Made by a program: the position numbers and the translations under genes. The notes under the pieces were generated by a model that was given only the letters and a program-made list of their open reading frames with translations, did no database searches and was not told the DNA's origin. A DNA stretch of 64,000 nt, taken from NCBI RefSeq assembly GCF_009914755.1, contig NC_060945.1, one strand, 5' to 3'. This document shows positions 1 to 16,659 of this stretch, in pieces. Position 1 is the first letter of the stretch, and every line of letters starts with the position of its first letter. The stretch is from the human T2T-CHM13v2.0 reference genome, Homo sapiens.

Positions 1-1170
1 AGTACCCCAAATATATATTATATACTGTACATGAAATATCAAAGTTCACATCTATATATTACATACTGTACATAAAATATCAAAGTACCCAATTTATATA
101 TTCTATACTGTACAAAAAATATCAAAGTACCCAAAGCACGTATTATATACTGTACATAAAATATGAAAGTACATCAAATATATATTTTATTCTGTACATA
201 AAATATCAAAGTACAGAAGGTATATATTCTATAGTGTATATAAAATATCAAAGTACCCAAACTATACATTATATACTGTACATAAAATATGAAATTACAT
301 CAAATATGTATTATATTAGGTACATAAAATATGAAAGTACATGAAATATAGATTATATACTGTACATAAAATATCAAAGTACCCCAAATATATATTATAT
401 ACTCTACATGAAATATCAAAGTTCACAAACTATATATTATATACTGTACATAAAATATCAAAGTACCCAAGGTATATATTCTATAGTGTACAAAAAATAT
501 CAAAGTACCCAAAGCATGTATTATATACTGTACATAAAATATAAAATTACATCAAATATATATTTTATTCTGTACATAAAATATCAAAGTACACCAGATA
601 CATATACTATAGTGTACATAAAATATCAAAGTACCCAAACTATACATTATACACTGTACATAAAATATGAAATTACATCAAATATATATTAGGTACATAA
701 AATATGAAAGTACATCAAATATAGATTATATACTGTACATATAATATCAATGTACCCCAAATATATATTTTATACTCTACATGAAATATCAAAGTTCACA
801 AACCATATATTATATACTGTACATAAAATATCAAAGTACCCAAGGTATATATTCTATACTGTACAAAACATATCAAAGTACCCAAAGCATGTATTATATA
901 CTGTACATAAAATATGAAACTAAATCAAATATATATTTTATTCTGTACATAAAATATCAAAGTACACCAGATATATATTCTATAGTGTACATAAAATATC
1001 AAAGTACCCAAACTATACATTATATACTGTACATAAAATATGAAATTACATCAAATATATTTTATATTAGGTACATAAAATATGAAAGTACATCAAATAT
1101 AGATTATATACTGTACATTAAATACCAAAGTACCCCAAATATATATTTTATACTGTACATGAAATATCAA
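1..1170 (+). repeat. Segment duplicated at +9248 (about 9249-10420)
   Basis: Rare variants are shared at a constant offset: GTACAGAAGG at 211 and 9459, plus CACATCT, CCAATTTATA and AAGCACG. ORF pairs 341/9589, 408/9656 and 781/10029 all differ by 9248. Confidence 0.85.
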
Positions 1171-2099
1171 AGTTCACAAACCATATATTATATACTGAAC
1201 ATAAAATATCAAAGTACCCAAGGTATATTTTCTATACTGTACAAAAAATATCAAAGTACCCAAAACATGTATTATATACTGTACATAAAATATGAAAGTA
1301 CATCAATTATATATTTTATTCTGTACATAAAATATCAAAGTACACCAGGTATATATTCTATAGTGTACATAAAATAACAAAGTACCCAAACTATACATTA
1401 TATACTGTACATAAAATATGAAATTACATCAAATATATATTATATTAGGTACATAAAATATGAAAGTACATCAAATATAGATTATATACTGTACATTAAA
1501 TACCAAAGTACCCCAAATATATATTTTATACTGTACATGAAATATCAAAGTTCACAAACCATATATTATATACTGTACATAAAATATCAAAGTACCCAAG
1601 GTATATATTCTATACTGTACAAAAAATATCAAAGTACCCAATGCATGTATTATATACTGTACATAAAATATGAAAGTATATCAAATATATATTTTATTCT
1701 GTACATAAAATACCAAAGTACACCAGATATATATTCTATAGTGTACATAAAATAACAAAGTACACAAACTATAAATTATATACTGTACATAAAATATGAA
1801 ATTACATCAAATATATATTAGGTACATAAAATATGAAAGTACATCAAATATAGATTATACACTGTACATAAAATATCAATGTACCCCAAATATATATTTT
1901 ATACTCTACATGAAATATCAAAGTTCACAAACTATATATTATATACTGTACATAAAATATCAAAGTACCCAAGGTATATATTCTATACTGTACAAAAAAT
2001 ATCAAAGTACCAAAAGCATGTATTATATACTGTACATAAAATATGAAAGTACATCAAATATATATTTTATTCTGTACATAAATATGAAAGTACACCAGA

Positions 2100-5000
2100 T
2101 ATATATTCTATAGTGTACATAAAATATCAAAGTACCCAAACTATACATTATATACTGTACATAAAATATGAAATTACATCAAATATGTATTATATTAGGT
2201 ACATAAAATATGAAAGTACATCAAATATAGATTATATACTGTACATTAAATATCAAAGTACGCCAAATATATATTATATACTGTACATGAAATATCAAAA
2301 TTCACAAACTATATATTATATACTGTACATAAAATATCAAAGTACCTAAGGTATATATTCTATACTGTACAAAAAATATCAAAGTACCCAAAGCATGTAT
2401 TATATACTGTATATAAAATATGAAAGTACATCAAATATATATTTTATTCTGTACAGAAAATATCAAAGTACACCAGATATATATTCTATAGTGTACATAA
2501 AATAACAAAGTACACAAACTATAAATTATATACTGTACATAAAATATGAAATTACATCAAATATATATTAGGTACATAAAATATGAAAGTACATCAAATA
2601 TAGATTATATACTGTACATAAAATATCAATGTACCCCAAATATATATTTTATATTCCACATGAAATATCAAAGTTCACAAACCATATATTATATACTGTA
2701 CATAAAATATCAAAGTACCCAAGGTATACATTCTATACTGCACAAAAAATATCAAAACCCAAAACATGTATTATATACTGTATATAAAATATGAAAGTAC
2801 ATCAAATATATATTTTATTCTGTACATAAAATATCAAAGTACACCAGATATATATTCTATAGTGTACATAAAATAACAAAGTACACAAACTATAAATTAT
2901 ATACTGTACATAAAATATGAAATTACATCAAATATATATTAGGTACATAAAATATGAAAGTTCATCAAATATAGATTATATACTGTACATATAATATCAA
3001 TGTACCCCAAATATATATTTTGTACTCTACATGAAATATCAAAGTTCACAAACCATATATTATATACTGTACATAAAATATCAAAGTACCCAAGGTATAT
3101 ATTCTATACTGTACAAAAAATATCAAAGTACCCAAAGCATGTATTATATACTGTACATAAAATATGAAAGTACATCAAATATATATTTTATTCTGTACAT
3201 AAAATATCAATGTACACCAGATATATATTCTATAGTGTACATAAAATATCAAAGTACCCAAACTATACATTATATACTGTACATAAAATATGAAATTACA
3301 TCAAATAAAGATTATATTAGGTACATAAAATATGAAAGTACATCAAATATAGATTATATACAGTACATTAAATACCAAAGTACCCCAAATATATATTTTA
3401 TACTGTACATGAAATATCGAAGTTCACAAACTATATATTATATACTGTACATAAAATATCAAAGTTCCCAAGGTATATATTCTATACTGTAGAAAAAATA
3501 TCAAAGTACCCAAAGCATGTATTATATACTGTATATAAAATATGAAATTACATCAAATATATATTTTATTCTGTACATAAAATATCAAAGTATACCAGAT
3601 ATATATTCTATAGTGTACATAAAATATCAAAGTACCCAAACTATACATTATATACTGTACATAAAATATGAAATTACATCAAATATATATTAGGTACATA
3701 AAATATGAAAGTACATCAAATATAGATTATATACTGTACATGAAATACCAAAGTAACCCAAATATATATTATATACTGTACATGAAATATCAAAGTTCAC
3801 AAACTATATATTATATACTGTACATAAAATATCAAAGTACCTAAGGTAAATATTCTATACTGTACAAAAAATATCAAAGTACCCAAAGCATGTATTATAT
3901 ACGGTACATAAAATATGAAAGTACATCAAATATATATTTTATTCTGTACATAAAATATCAAAGTACACCAGATATATATTCTATAGTGTACATAAAATAA
4001 CAAAGTACACAAACTATAAATTATATACTGTACATAAAATATGAAATTACATCAAATATATATTAGGTACATAAAATATGAAAGTACATCAAATATAGAT
4101 TATATACTGTACATAAATTATCAATGTACCCCAATTATATATTTTATACTCCACATGAAATATCAAAGTTCACAAACCATACATTATATACTGTACATAA
4201 AATATCAAAGTACCCAAGGTATACATTCTATACTGCACAAAAAATATCAAAGTACCCAAAACATGTATTATATACTGTATATAAAATATGAAAGTACATC
4301 AAATATATATTTTATTCTGTAGATAAAATATCAAAGTACACCAGATATATATTCTATAGTGTACATAAAATATCAAAGTACCCAAACTATACATTATATA
4401 CTGTACATAAAATATGAAACTACATCAAATATATATTAGGTACATAAAATATGAAAGTACATCAAATATAGATTATATACTGTACATATAATATCAATGT
4501 TCCGCAAATATATATTTTGTACTCTACATGAAATATCAAAGTTCACAAACCATATATTATATACTGTACATAAAATATCAAAGTACCCAAGGTATATATT
4601 CTATACTGTACAAAAAATATCAAAGTACCCAAAGCATGTATTATATACTGTACATAAAATATGAAAGTACATCAAATATATATTTTATTCTGTACATAAA
4701 ATATCAAAGTACACCAGATATATATTCTATAGTGTACATAAAATATCAAAGTACCCAAACTATACATTATATACTGTACATAAAATATGAAATTACATCA
4801 AATATTTATTATATTAGGTACATAAAATATGAAAGTACATCAAATATAGATTATATACTGTACATAAAATATCAAAGTACCCCAAATATATATTATATAC
4901 TCTACATGAAATATCAAAGTTCACAAACTATATATTATATACTGTACATAAAATATCAAAGTACCCAAGGTATATATTCTATACTGTACAAAAAATATCA

Positions 5001-5650
5001 AAGTACCCAAAGCATGTATTATATACTATATATAAAATATGAAAGTACATCAAATATATATTTTATTCTGTACATAAAATATCAAAGTACACCAGATATA
5101 TATTCTATAGTGTACATAAAATATCAAAGTACCAAAACTATAAATTATATACTTACATAAAATATGAAATTACATCAAATATATGTTAGGTACATAAAAT
5201 ATGAAAGTACATCAAATATAGATTATATACTGTACATAAAATATCAAAGTACCCCAAATATATATTATATACTGTACATGAAATATCAAAGTTCACAAAC
5301 TATATATTATATACTGTACATAAAATATCAAAGTACCTAAGGTATATATTCTATACTGTACAAAAAATATCAAAGTACCCAAAGCATGTATTATATTCTG
5401 TATATAAAATATGAAAGTACATCAAATATATATTTTATTCTGTACAGAAAATATCAAAGTACACCAGATATATATTCTATAGTGTACATAAAATAACAAA
5501 GTACACAAACTATAAATTATATACTGTACATAAAATATGAAATTACATCAAATATATATTAGGTACATAAAATATGAAAGTACATCAAATATAGATTCTA
5601 TACTGTACATATAATATCAATGTACCCCAAATATATATTTTATACTCTAC
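2100..5650 (+). repeat. Degenerate ~1495-bp (4-HOR) superperiod
   Basis: AGTACCTAAG occurs at 2341, 3836 and 5332. GTACAGAAAA occurs at 2451 and 5442. CCACATG, GGTATACATTCTATACTGCAC and TTTTGTACTCTAC are shared at about 1495 offset (ORFs 2546/4041 and 3031/4528). Confidence 0.65.
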
Positions 5651-8600
5651 ATGAAATATCAAAGTTCACAAACCATATATTATATACTGTACATAAAATG
5701 TCAAAGTACCCAAGGTATATATTCTATACTGTACAAATAATATCAAAGTACCAAAAGCATGTATTATATACTGTACATAAAATATGAAAGTACATCAAAT
5801 ATATATTTTATTCTGTACATAAAATATCAAAGTACACCAGATATATAATCTATAGTGTACATAAAATATCAAAGTTCCCAAACTATACATTATATAATGT
5901 ACATAAAATATGAAATTACATCAAATATATATTAGGTACATAAAATATGAAAGTACATCAAATATAGATTATATACTGTACATAAAATATCAAAGTACCC
6001 CAAATATATTTTATATACTGTACATGAAATATCAAATTTCACAAACTATATATTATATACTGTACATAAAATATCAAAGTACCCAAGGTATATATTCTAT
6101 ACTGTACAAAAAATATCAAAGTACCCAAAGCATGTATTATATACTGTACATAAAATATGAAAGTACATCAAATATGTATTTTATTCTGTACATAGAATAT
6201 CAAAGTACACCAGATATATATTCTATAGTGTACATAATATAACAAAGTACAAAAACTATACATTATATACTGTACATAAAATATGAAATTACATCAAATA
6301 TATATTAGGTACATAAAATATGAAAGTACATCAAATATAGATTATATACTGTACATAAAATATCAAAGTACCCCAAATATATATTATATAATGTACATGA
6401 AATATCAAAGTTCACAAACCATATATTATATACTGTACATAAAATATCAAAGTACCCAAGGTATATATTCTATACTGTACAAAAAATATCAAAGTACCCA
6501 AAGCATGTATTATATACTGTACATAAAATATGAAATTACATCATATATATATTTTATTCTGTACATAAAATATCAAAGTACACCAGATATATATTCTATA
6601 GTGTACATAAAATATCAAAGTACCCAATCTATACATTATATACTGTACATAAAATATGAAATTACATCAAATATATATTAGGTACATAAAATATGAATGT
6701 ACATCAAATATAGATTATAAACTGTACATAAAATATCAAAGTACCCTAAATATATATTATATACTCTACAAGAAATATCAAAGTTCACACACTATATATT
6801 ATATACTGTACATAAAATATCAAAGTACCCAAGGTATATATTCTATACTGTACAAAAAATATCAAAGAACCCAAACCATGTATTATATACTGTACATAAA
6901 ATATGAAAGTACATCAAATATATATTTTATTCTGTACATAAAATATCAAAGTACACCAGATATATATTCTATAGTGTACATAAAATAACAATGTACGCAA
7001 ACTATACATTATATACTGTACATAAAATATGAAATTACATCAAATATATATTAGGAACATAAAATATGAAAGTACATCAAATATAGATTATATACTGTAC
7101 ATAAAATATCAATGTACCCCAAATATATATTTTATACTCTACATGAAATACCAAAGTTCACAAACCATATATTATATACTGTACATAAAATATCAAAGTA
7201 CCCAAGGTATATATTCTATACTGTACAAAAAATATCAAAGTACCCAAAGCATGTATTATATACTGTACATAAAATATGAAAGTACATCAAATATATATTT
7301 TATTCTGTACATAAAATATCAAAGTACACCAGATATATATTCTATAGTGTACATAAAATATCAAAGTACCCAAACTATACATTATATACTGTACATAAAA
7401 TATGAAATTACATCAAATATATATTATATTAGGTACATAAAATATGAAAGTACATCAAATATAGATTATATACTGTACATAAAATATCAAAGTACCCCAA
7501 ATATATATTATATACTCTACATGAAATATCAAAGTTCACAAAGTATATATTATATACTGTACATAAAATATCAAAGTACCCAAGGTATATATTCTGTAAT
7601 GTACAAAAAATATCAAAGTACCCAAAGCGTGTATTATATACTGTATATAAAATATGAAATTACATCAAATATATATTTTATTCTGTACATAAAATATCAA
7701 AGTACACCGGATATATATTCTATAGTGTACATAAAATATCAAAGTACCCAAACTATACATTATATACTGTACATAAAATAAGAAATTACATCAAATATAT
7801 ATTATATTAGGTACATAAAATATGAAAGTACATCAAATATAGATTATATACTGTACATTAAATACCAAAGAACCCCAAATATATATTATATACTCTACAT
7901 GAAATATCAAAATTCACAAACTATATATTATATACTGTACATAAAATATCAAAGTACCCAAGGTATATATTTTATACTGTACAAAAAATATCAAAGTACC
8001 CGAAGCATGTATTATATACTGTACATAAAATATGAAAGTACATCAAATATATATTTTATTCCGTAAATAAAATATCAAAGCACACCAGATATATATTCTA
8101 TAGTGTACATAAAATATCAAAGTACACAAACTATACATTATATACTGTACATAAAATATGAAATTACATCAAATATATATTATATAAGGTACATAAAATA
8201 TGAAAGTACAGCAAATATAGATTATATACTGTACATTAAATACCAAAGAACCCCAAATATATATTATATACTCTGCATGAAATATCAAAGTTCACAAACT
8301 ATATATTATATACTGTACATAAAATATCAAAGTACCCAAGGTATATATTCTATACTGTACAAAAAATATCAAAGTACCCAAAGCATGTATTATATACTGT
8401 ATATAAAATATGAAAGTACATCAAATATATATTTTATTCTGTACATAAAATATCAAAGTACACCAGATATATATTCTATAGTGTACATAAAATAACAAAG
8501 TACAAAATCTATAAATTATATACTGTACATAAAATATGAAATTACATCAAATATATATTAGGTACATAAAATATGAAAGTACATCAAATATAGATTATAT

Positions 8601-8899
8601 ACTGTACATAAAATATCAATGTACCCCAAATATATATTTTATACTCGACATGAAATACCAAAGTTCACAAACCATATAATATATACTGTACATAAAATAT
8701 CAAAGTACCCAAGGTATATATTCTATACTGTACAAAAAATATCAAAGTACCCAAAGCATGTATTATATACTGTATATAAAATATGAAAGTACATCAAATA
8801 TATATTTTATTCTGTACATAAAATATCAAAGTACACCAGATATATATTCTATAGTGTACATAAAATATCAAAGTACCCAAACTATACATTATATATTGT

Positions 8900-11800
8900 A
8901 CATAAAATATGAAATTACATCAAATATGTATTATATTAGGTACATAAAATATGAAGGTACATCAAATATAGATTATATACTGTACATAAAATATCAAAGT
9001 ACCCCAAATATATATTATATACTGTACATGAAATATCAAAGTTCACAACTATATATTATATACTATACATAAAATATCAAAGTACCCAAGGTATATATTC
9101 TATACTGTACAAAAAATATCAAAGTACCCAAAGCATGTATTATATACTGTACATAAAATATGAAATTACATCAAATATATATTATATTAGGTACATAAAA
9201 TATGAAAGTACATCAAATATAGATTATATACTGTACATAAAATATCAAAGTACCCCAAATATATATTATATACTGTACATGAAATATCAAAGTTCACATC
9301 TATATATTACATACTGTACATAAAATATCAAAGTACCCAATTTATATATTCTATACTGTACAAAAAATATCAAAGTACCCAAAGCACGTATTATATACTG
9401 TACATAAAATATGAAAGTACATCAAATATATATTTTATTCTGTACATAAAATATCAAAGTACAGAAGGTATATATTCTATAGTGTATATAAAATATCAAA
9501 GTACCCAAACTATACATTATATACTGTACATAAAATATGAAATTACATCAAATATGTATTATATTAGGTACATAAAATATGAAAGTACATGAAATATAGA
9601 TTATATACTGTACATAAAATATCAAAGTACCCCAAATTTATATTATATACTATACATGAAATATCAAAGTTCACAAACTATATATTATATACTGTACATA
9701 AAATATCAAAGTACCCAAGGTATATATTCTATAGTGTACAAAAAATATCAAAGTACCCAAAGCATGTATTATATACTGTACATAAAATATAAAATTACAT
9801 CAAATATATATTTTATTCTGTACATAAAATATCAAAGTACACCAGATATATATACTATAGTGTACATAAAATATCAAAGTACCCAAACTATACATTATAC
9901 ACTGTACATAAAATATGAAATTACATCAAATATATATTAGGTACATAAAATATGAAAGTACATCAAATATAGATTATATACTGTACATATAATATCAATG
10001 TACCCCAAATATATATTTTATACTCTACATGAAATATCAAAGTTCACAAACCATATATTATATACTGTACATAAAATATCAAAGTACCCAAGGTATATAT
10101 TCTATACTGTACAAAACATATCAAAGTACCCAAAGCATGTATTATATACTGTACATAAAATATGAAACTACATCAAATATATATTTTATTCTGTACATAA
10201 AATATCAAAGTACACCAGATATATATTCTATAGTGTACATAAAATATCAAAGTACCCAAACTATACATTATATACTGTACATAAAATATGAAATTACATC
10301 AAATATATTTTATATTAGGTACATAAAATATGAAAGTACATCAAATATAGATTATATACTGTACATTAAATACCAAAGTACCCCAAATATATATTTTATA
10401 CTGTACATGAAATATCAAAGTTCACACACTATATATTATATACTGTACATAAAATATCAAAGTACCCAAGGTATATATTCTATACTGTACAAAAAATATC
10501 AAAGTACCCAAAGCATGTATTATATACTGTACATAAAATATGAAAGTACATCAAATATATATTTTATTCTGTACATAAATATCAGAGTACACCAGATATA
10601 TATTCTATAGTGTACACAAAATAACAAAGTACACAAACTATAAATTATATACTGTACATAAAATATGAAATTACATCAAATATATATTAGGTACATAAAA
10701 TATGAAAGTACATCAAATATAGATTATATACTGTACATATAATATCAATGTACCCCAAAAATATATTTTATACTCTACATGAAATATCAAAGTTCACAAA
10801 CCGTACATTATATACTGTACATAAAATATCAAAGTACCCAAGGTATATATTCTATACTGTACAAAAAATATCAAAGTACCCAAAGCATGTATTATATACT
10901 GTACCTAAAATATGAAAGTACATCAAATATATATTTTATTCTGTACATAAAATATCAAAGTACACCAGATATATATTCTATAGTGTACATAAAGTAACAA
11001 AGTACACAAACTATACATTATATACTGTACATAAAATATGAAATTACATCAAATATATATTAGGTACATAAAATATGAAAGTACATCAAATATAGATTAT
11101 ATACTGTACATAAAATATCAATGTACCCCAAATATATATTTTATACTCTACATGAAATATGAAAGTTCACAAACCATATATTATATACTGTACATAAAAT
11201 ATCAAAGTACCCTATGTATATATTCTATACTATACAAAAAATATCAAAGTACCCAAAGCATGTATTATATACTGTACATAAAATATGAAAGTACATCAAA
11301 TATATATCTTATTCTGTACATAAAACATCAAAGTACCCAAACTATACATTATATACTGTACATAAAATATGAAATTACATCAAATATATATTAGGTACAT
11401 AAAATATGAAAGTACATCAAATATAGATTATATACTGTACATAAAATATCAAAGTACCCCAAATATATATTATATACTCTACATGAAATATCAAAGTTCA
11501 CAAACTATACATTATATACTGTACATATAATATGAAAGTACACAAGGTATATATTCTATACTGTACAAAAAATATCAAAGTACCAAAAGCATGTATTATA
11601 TACTGTATATAAAATATGAAAGTACATTAAATATATATTTTATTCTGTACATAAAATATCAAAGTACACCAGATATATATTCTATAGTGTACATAAAATA
11701 ACAAAGTACACAAACTATAAATTATATACTGTACATAAAATATGAAATTACATCAAATATATATTAGATACATAAAATATGAAAGTACATCAAATATAGA

Positions 11801-14800
11801 TTATATACTGTACATATAATATCAATGTACCCCAAATATATATTTTATACTCTACATGAAATATCAAAGTTCACAAACCATACATTATATACTGTACATA
11901 AAATATCAAAGTACCCAAGGTATATATTCTATAGTGTACAAAAAATATCAAAGTACCCAAAGCATGTATTATATACTGTACATAAAATATGAAAGTACAT
12001 CAAATATATATTTTATTCTGTACATAAAATATCAAAGTACACCAGATATATATTCTATAGTGTACATAAAATATCAAAGTACCCAAACTATACATTATAT
12101 ACTGTACATAAAATATGAAATTACATCAAATATATATTATATTAGGTACATAAAATATGAAAGTACATCAAATATAGATTATATACTGTACATAAAATAT
12201 CAAAGTACCCCAAATATATATTATATACTGTACATGAAATATCAAAGTTCACAACTATATATTATATACTGTACATAAAATATCAAAGTCCCCAAGGTAT
12301 ATATTCTATACTGTACAAAAAATATCAAAGTACCCAAAGCATGTATTATATACTGTACATAAAATATGAAATTACATCAAATATATATTATATTGGGTAC
12401 ATAAAATATGAAAGTACATCAAATATAGATTATATACTGTACATAAAATATCAAAGAACCCCAAATATATATTATATACTGTATATGAAATATCAAAGTT
12501 CACAACTATATATTACATACTGTACATAAAATATCAAAGTACCCAATTTATATATTCTATACTGTACAAAAAATATCAAAGTACCCAAAGCATGTATTAT
12601 ATACTGTACATAAAATATGAAAGTACATCAAATATATATTTTATTCTGTACATAAAATATCAAAGTACAGAAGATATATATTCTATAGTGTATATAAAAT
12701 ATCAAAGTACCCAAACTATACATTATATACTGTACATAAAATATGAAATTACATCAAATATGTATTATATTAGGTACATAAAATATGAAAGTACATGAAA
12801 TATAGATTATATACTGTACATAAAATATCAAAGTACCCCAAATTTATATTATATACTATACATGAAATATCAAAGTTCACAAACTATATATTATATACTG
12901 TACATAAAATATCAAAGTACCCAAGGTATATATTCTATAGTGTACAAAAAATATCAAAGTACCCAAAGCATGTATTATATACTGTACATAAAATATAAAA
13001 TTACATCAAATATATATTTTATTCTGTACATAAAATATCAAAGTACACCAGATATATATACTATAGTGTACATAAAATATCAAAGTACCCAAACTATACA
13101 TTATACACTGTACATATAATATGAAATTACATCAAATATATATTAGGTACATAAAATATGAAAGTACATCAAATATAGATTATATACTGTACATATAATA
13201 TCAATGTACCCCAAATATATATTTTATACTCTACATGAAATATCAAAGTTCACAAACCATATATTATATAATGTACATAAAATATCAAAGTACCCAAGGT
13301 ATATATTCTATACTGTACAAAACATATCAAAGTACCCAAACCATTTATTATATACTGTACATAAAATATGAAACTACATCAAATATATATTTTATTCTGT
13401 ACATAAAATATCAAAGTACACCAGATATATATTCTATAGTGTACATAAAATATCAAAGTACCCAAACTATACATTATATACTGTACATAAAATATGAAAT
13501 TACATCAAATATATTTTATATTAGGTACATAAAATATGAAAGTACATCAAATATAGATTATATACTGTACATTAAATACCAAAGTACCCCAAATATATAT
13601 TTTATACTGTACATGAAATATCAAAGTTCACACACTATATATTATATACTGTACATAAAATATCAAAGTACCCAAGGTATATATTCTATACTGTACAAAA
13701 AATATCAAAGTACCCAAAGCATGTATTATATACTGTACATAAAATATGAAAGTACATCAAATATATATTTTATTCTGTACATAAATATCAAAGTACACCA
13801 GATATATATTCTATAGTGTACACAAAATAACAAAGTACACAAACTATAAATTATATACTGTACATAAAATATGAAATTACATCAAATATATATTAGGTAC
13901 ATAAAATATGAAAGTACATCAAATATAGATTATATACTGTACATATAATATCAATGTACCCCAAAAATATATTTTATACTCTACATGAAATATCAAAGTT
14001 CACAAACCGTACATTATATACTGTACATAAAATATCAAAGTACCCAAGGTATATATTCTATACTGTACAAAAAATATCAAAGTACCCAAAGCATGTATTA
14101 TATACTGTACCTAAAATATGAAAGTACATCAAATATATATTTTATTCTGTACATAAAATATCAAAGTACACCAGATATATATTCTATAGTGTACATAAAG
14201 TAACAAAGTACACAAACTATACATTATATACTGTACATAAAATATGAAATTACATCAAATATATATTAGGTACATAAAATATGAAAGTACATCAAATATA
14301 GATTATATACTGTACATAAAATATCAATGTACCCCAAATATATATTTTATACTCTACATGAAATATGAAAGTTCACAAACCATATATTATATACTGTACA
14401 TAAAATATCAAAGTACCCTATGTATATATTCTATACTATACAAAAAATATCAAAGTACCCAAAGCATGTATTATATACTGTACATAAAATATGAAAGTAC
14501 ATCAAATATATATCTTATTCTGTACATAAAACATCAAAGTACCCAAACTATACATTATATACTGTACATAAAATATGAAATTACATCAAATATATATTAG
14601 GTACATAAAATATGAAAGTACATCAAATATAGATTATATACTGTACATAAAATATCAAAGTACCCCAAATATATATTATATACTCTACATGAAATATCAA
14701 AGTTCACAAACTATACATTATATACTGTACATATAATATGAAAGTACACAAGGTATATATTCTATACTGTACAAAAAATATCAAAGTACCAAAAGCATGT

Positions 14801-15860
14801 ATTATATACTGTATATAAAATATGAAAGTACATTAAATATATATTTTATTCTGTACATAAAATATCAAAGTACACCAGATATATATTCTATAGTGTACAT
14901 AAAATAACAAAGTACACAAACTATAAATTATATACTGTACATAAAATATGAAATTACATCAAATATATATTAGATACATAAAATATGAAAGTACATCAAA
15001 TATAGATTATATACTGTACATATAATATCAATGTACCCCAAATATATATTTTATACTCTACATGAAATATCAAAGTTCACAAACCATACATTATATACTG
15101 TACATAAAATATCAAAGTACCCAAGGTATATATTCTATAGTGTACAAAAAATATCAAAGTACCCAAAGCATGTATTATATACTGTACATAAAATATGAAA
15201 GTACATCAAATATATATTTTATTCTGTACATAAAATATCAAAGTACACCAGATATATATTCTATAGTGTACATAAAATATCAAAGTACCCAAACTATACA
15301 TTATATACTGTACATAAAATATGAAATTACATCAAATATATATTATATTAGGTACATAAAATATGAAAGTACATCAAATATAGATTATATACTGTACATA
15401 AAATATCAAAGTACCCCAAATATATATTATATACTGTACATGAAATATCAAAGTTCACAACTATATATTATATACTGTACATAAAATATCAAAGTCCCCA
15501 AGGTATATATTCTATACTGTACAAAAAATATCAAAGTACCCAAAGCATGTATTATATACTGTACATAAAATATGAAATTACATCAAATATATATTATATT
15601 GGGTACATAAAATATGAAAGTACATCAAATATAGATTATATACTGTACATAAAATATCAAAGAACCCCAAATATATATTATATACTGTATATGAAATATC
15701 AAAGTTCACAACTATATATTACATACTGTACATAAAATATCAAAGTACCCAATTTATATATTCTATACTGTACAAAAAATATCAAAGTACCCAAAGCATG
15801 TATTATATACTGTACATAAAATATGAAAGTACATCAAATATATATTTTATTCTGTACATA
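8900..15860 (+). repeat. Near-identical 3206-bp tandem duplication (about 2.1 copies)
   Basis: ORF starts 9135/12341/15547, 9589/12795, 9656/12862, 10029/13235, 10779/13985, 11038/14244 and 11856/15062 all differ by 3206, with near-identical translations. Confidence 0.92.
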
Positions 15861-16659
15861 AAATATCAAAGTACACCAGATATATATTCTATAGTGTACA
15901 TAAAATAACAAAGTACACAAACTATACATTATATACTGTACATAAAATATGAAATTACATCAAATATATATTAGGTACATAAAATATGAAAGTACATCAA
16001 ATATAGATTATATACTGTACATAAAATATCAATGTACCCCAAATATATATTTTATACTCTACATGAAATATCAAAGTTCACAAACCATATATTATATACT
16101 GTCCATAAAATATCAAAGTACCCAAGGTATATATTCTATACTATACAAAAAATATCAAAGTACACAAAGCATGTATTATATACTGTACTTAAAATATGAA
16201 AGTACATCAAATATATATTTTATTCTGTACATAAAATATCAAAGTACACCAGATATATATTCTATAGTGTACATAAAATATCAAAGTACCCAAACTATAC
16301 ATTATATACTATACATAAAATATGAGATTACATCCAATATATATTATATTAGGTACATAAAATATGAAAGTACATCAAATATAGATTATATACTGTACAT
16401 AAAATATCAAAGTACCCCAAATATATATTATATCCTCTACAAGAAATATCAAAGTTCACACACTATATATTATATACTGTACATAAAATATCAAAGTACC
16501 CAAGGTATATATTCCATACTGTACAAAAAATATCAAAGTACCCAAAGCATGTATTATATTCTGTATATAAAATATGAAAGTACATCAAATATATATTTTA
16601 TTCTGTACATGAAATATCAAAGTACACCAGATATATATTCTATAGTGTACATAAAATAA

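Noticed and set aside
660-700. TTAGG in monomer 8 as a telomeric motif
   Set aside because: It is a single pentamer per HOR, not a tandem TTAGG or TTAGGG run.
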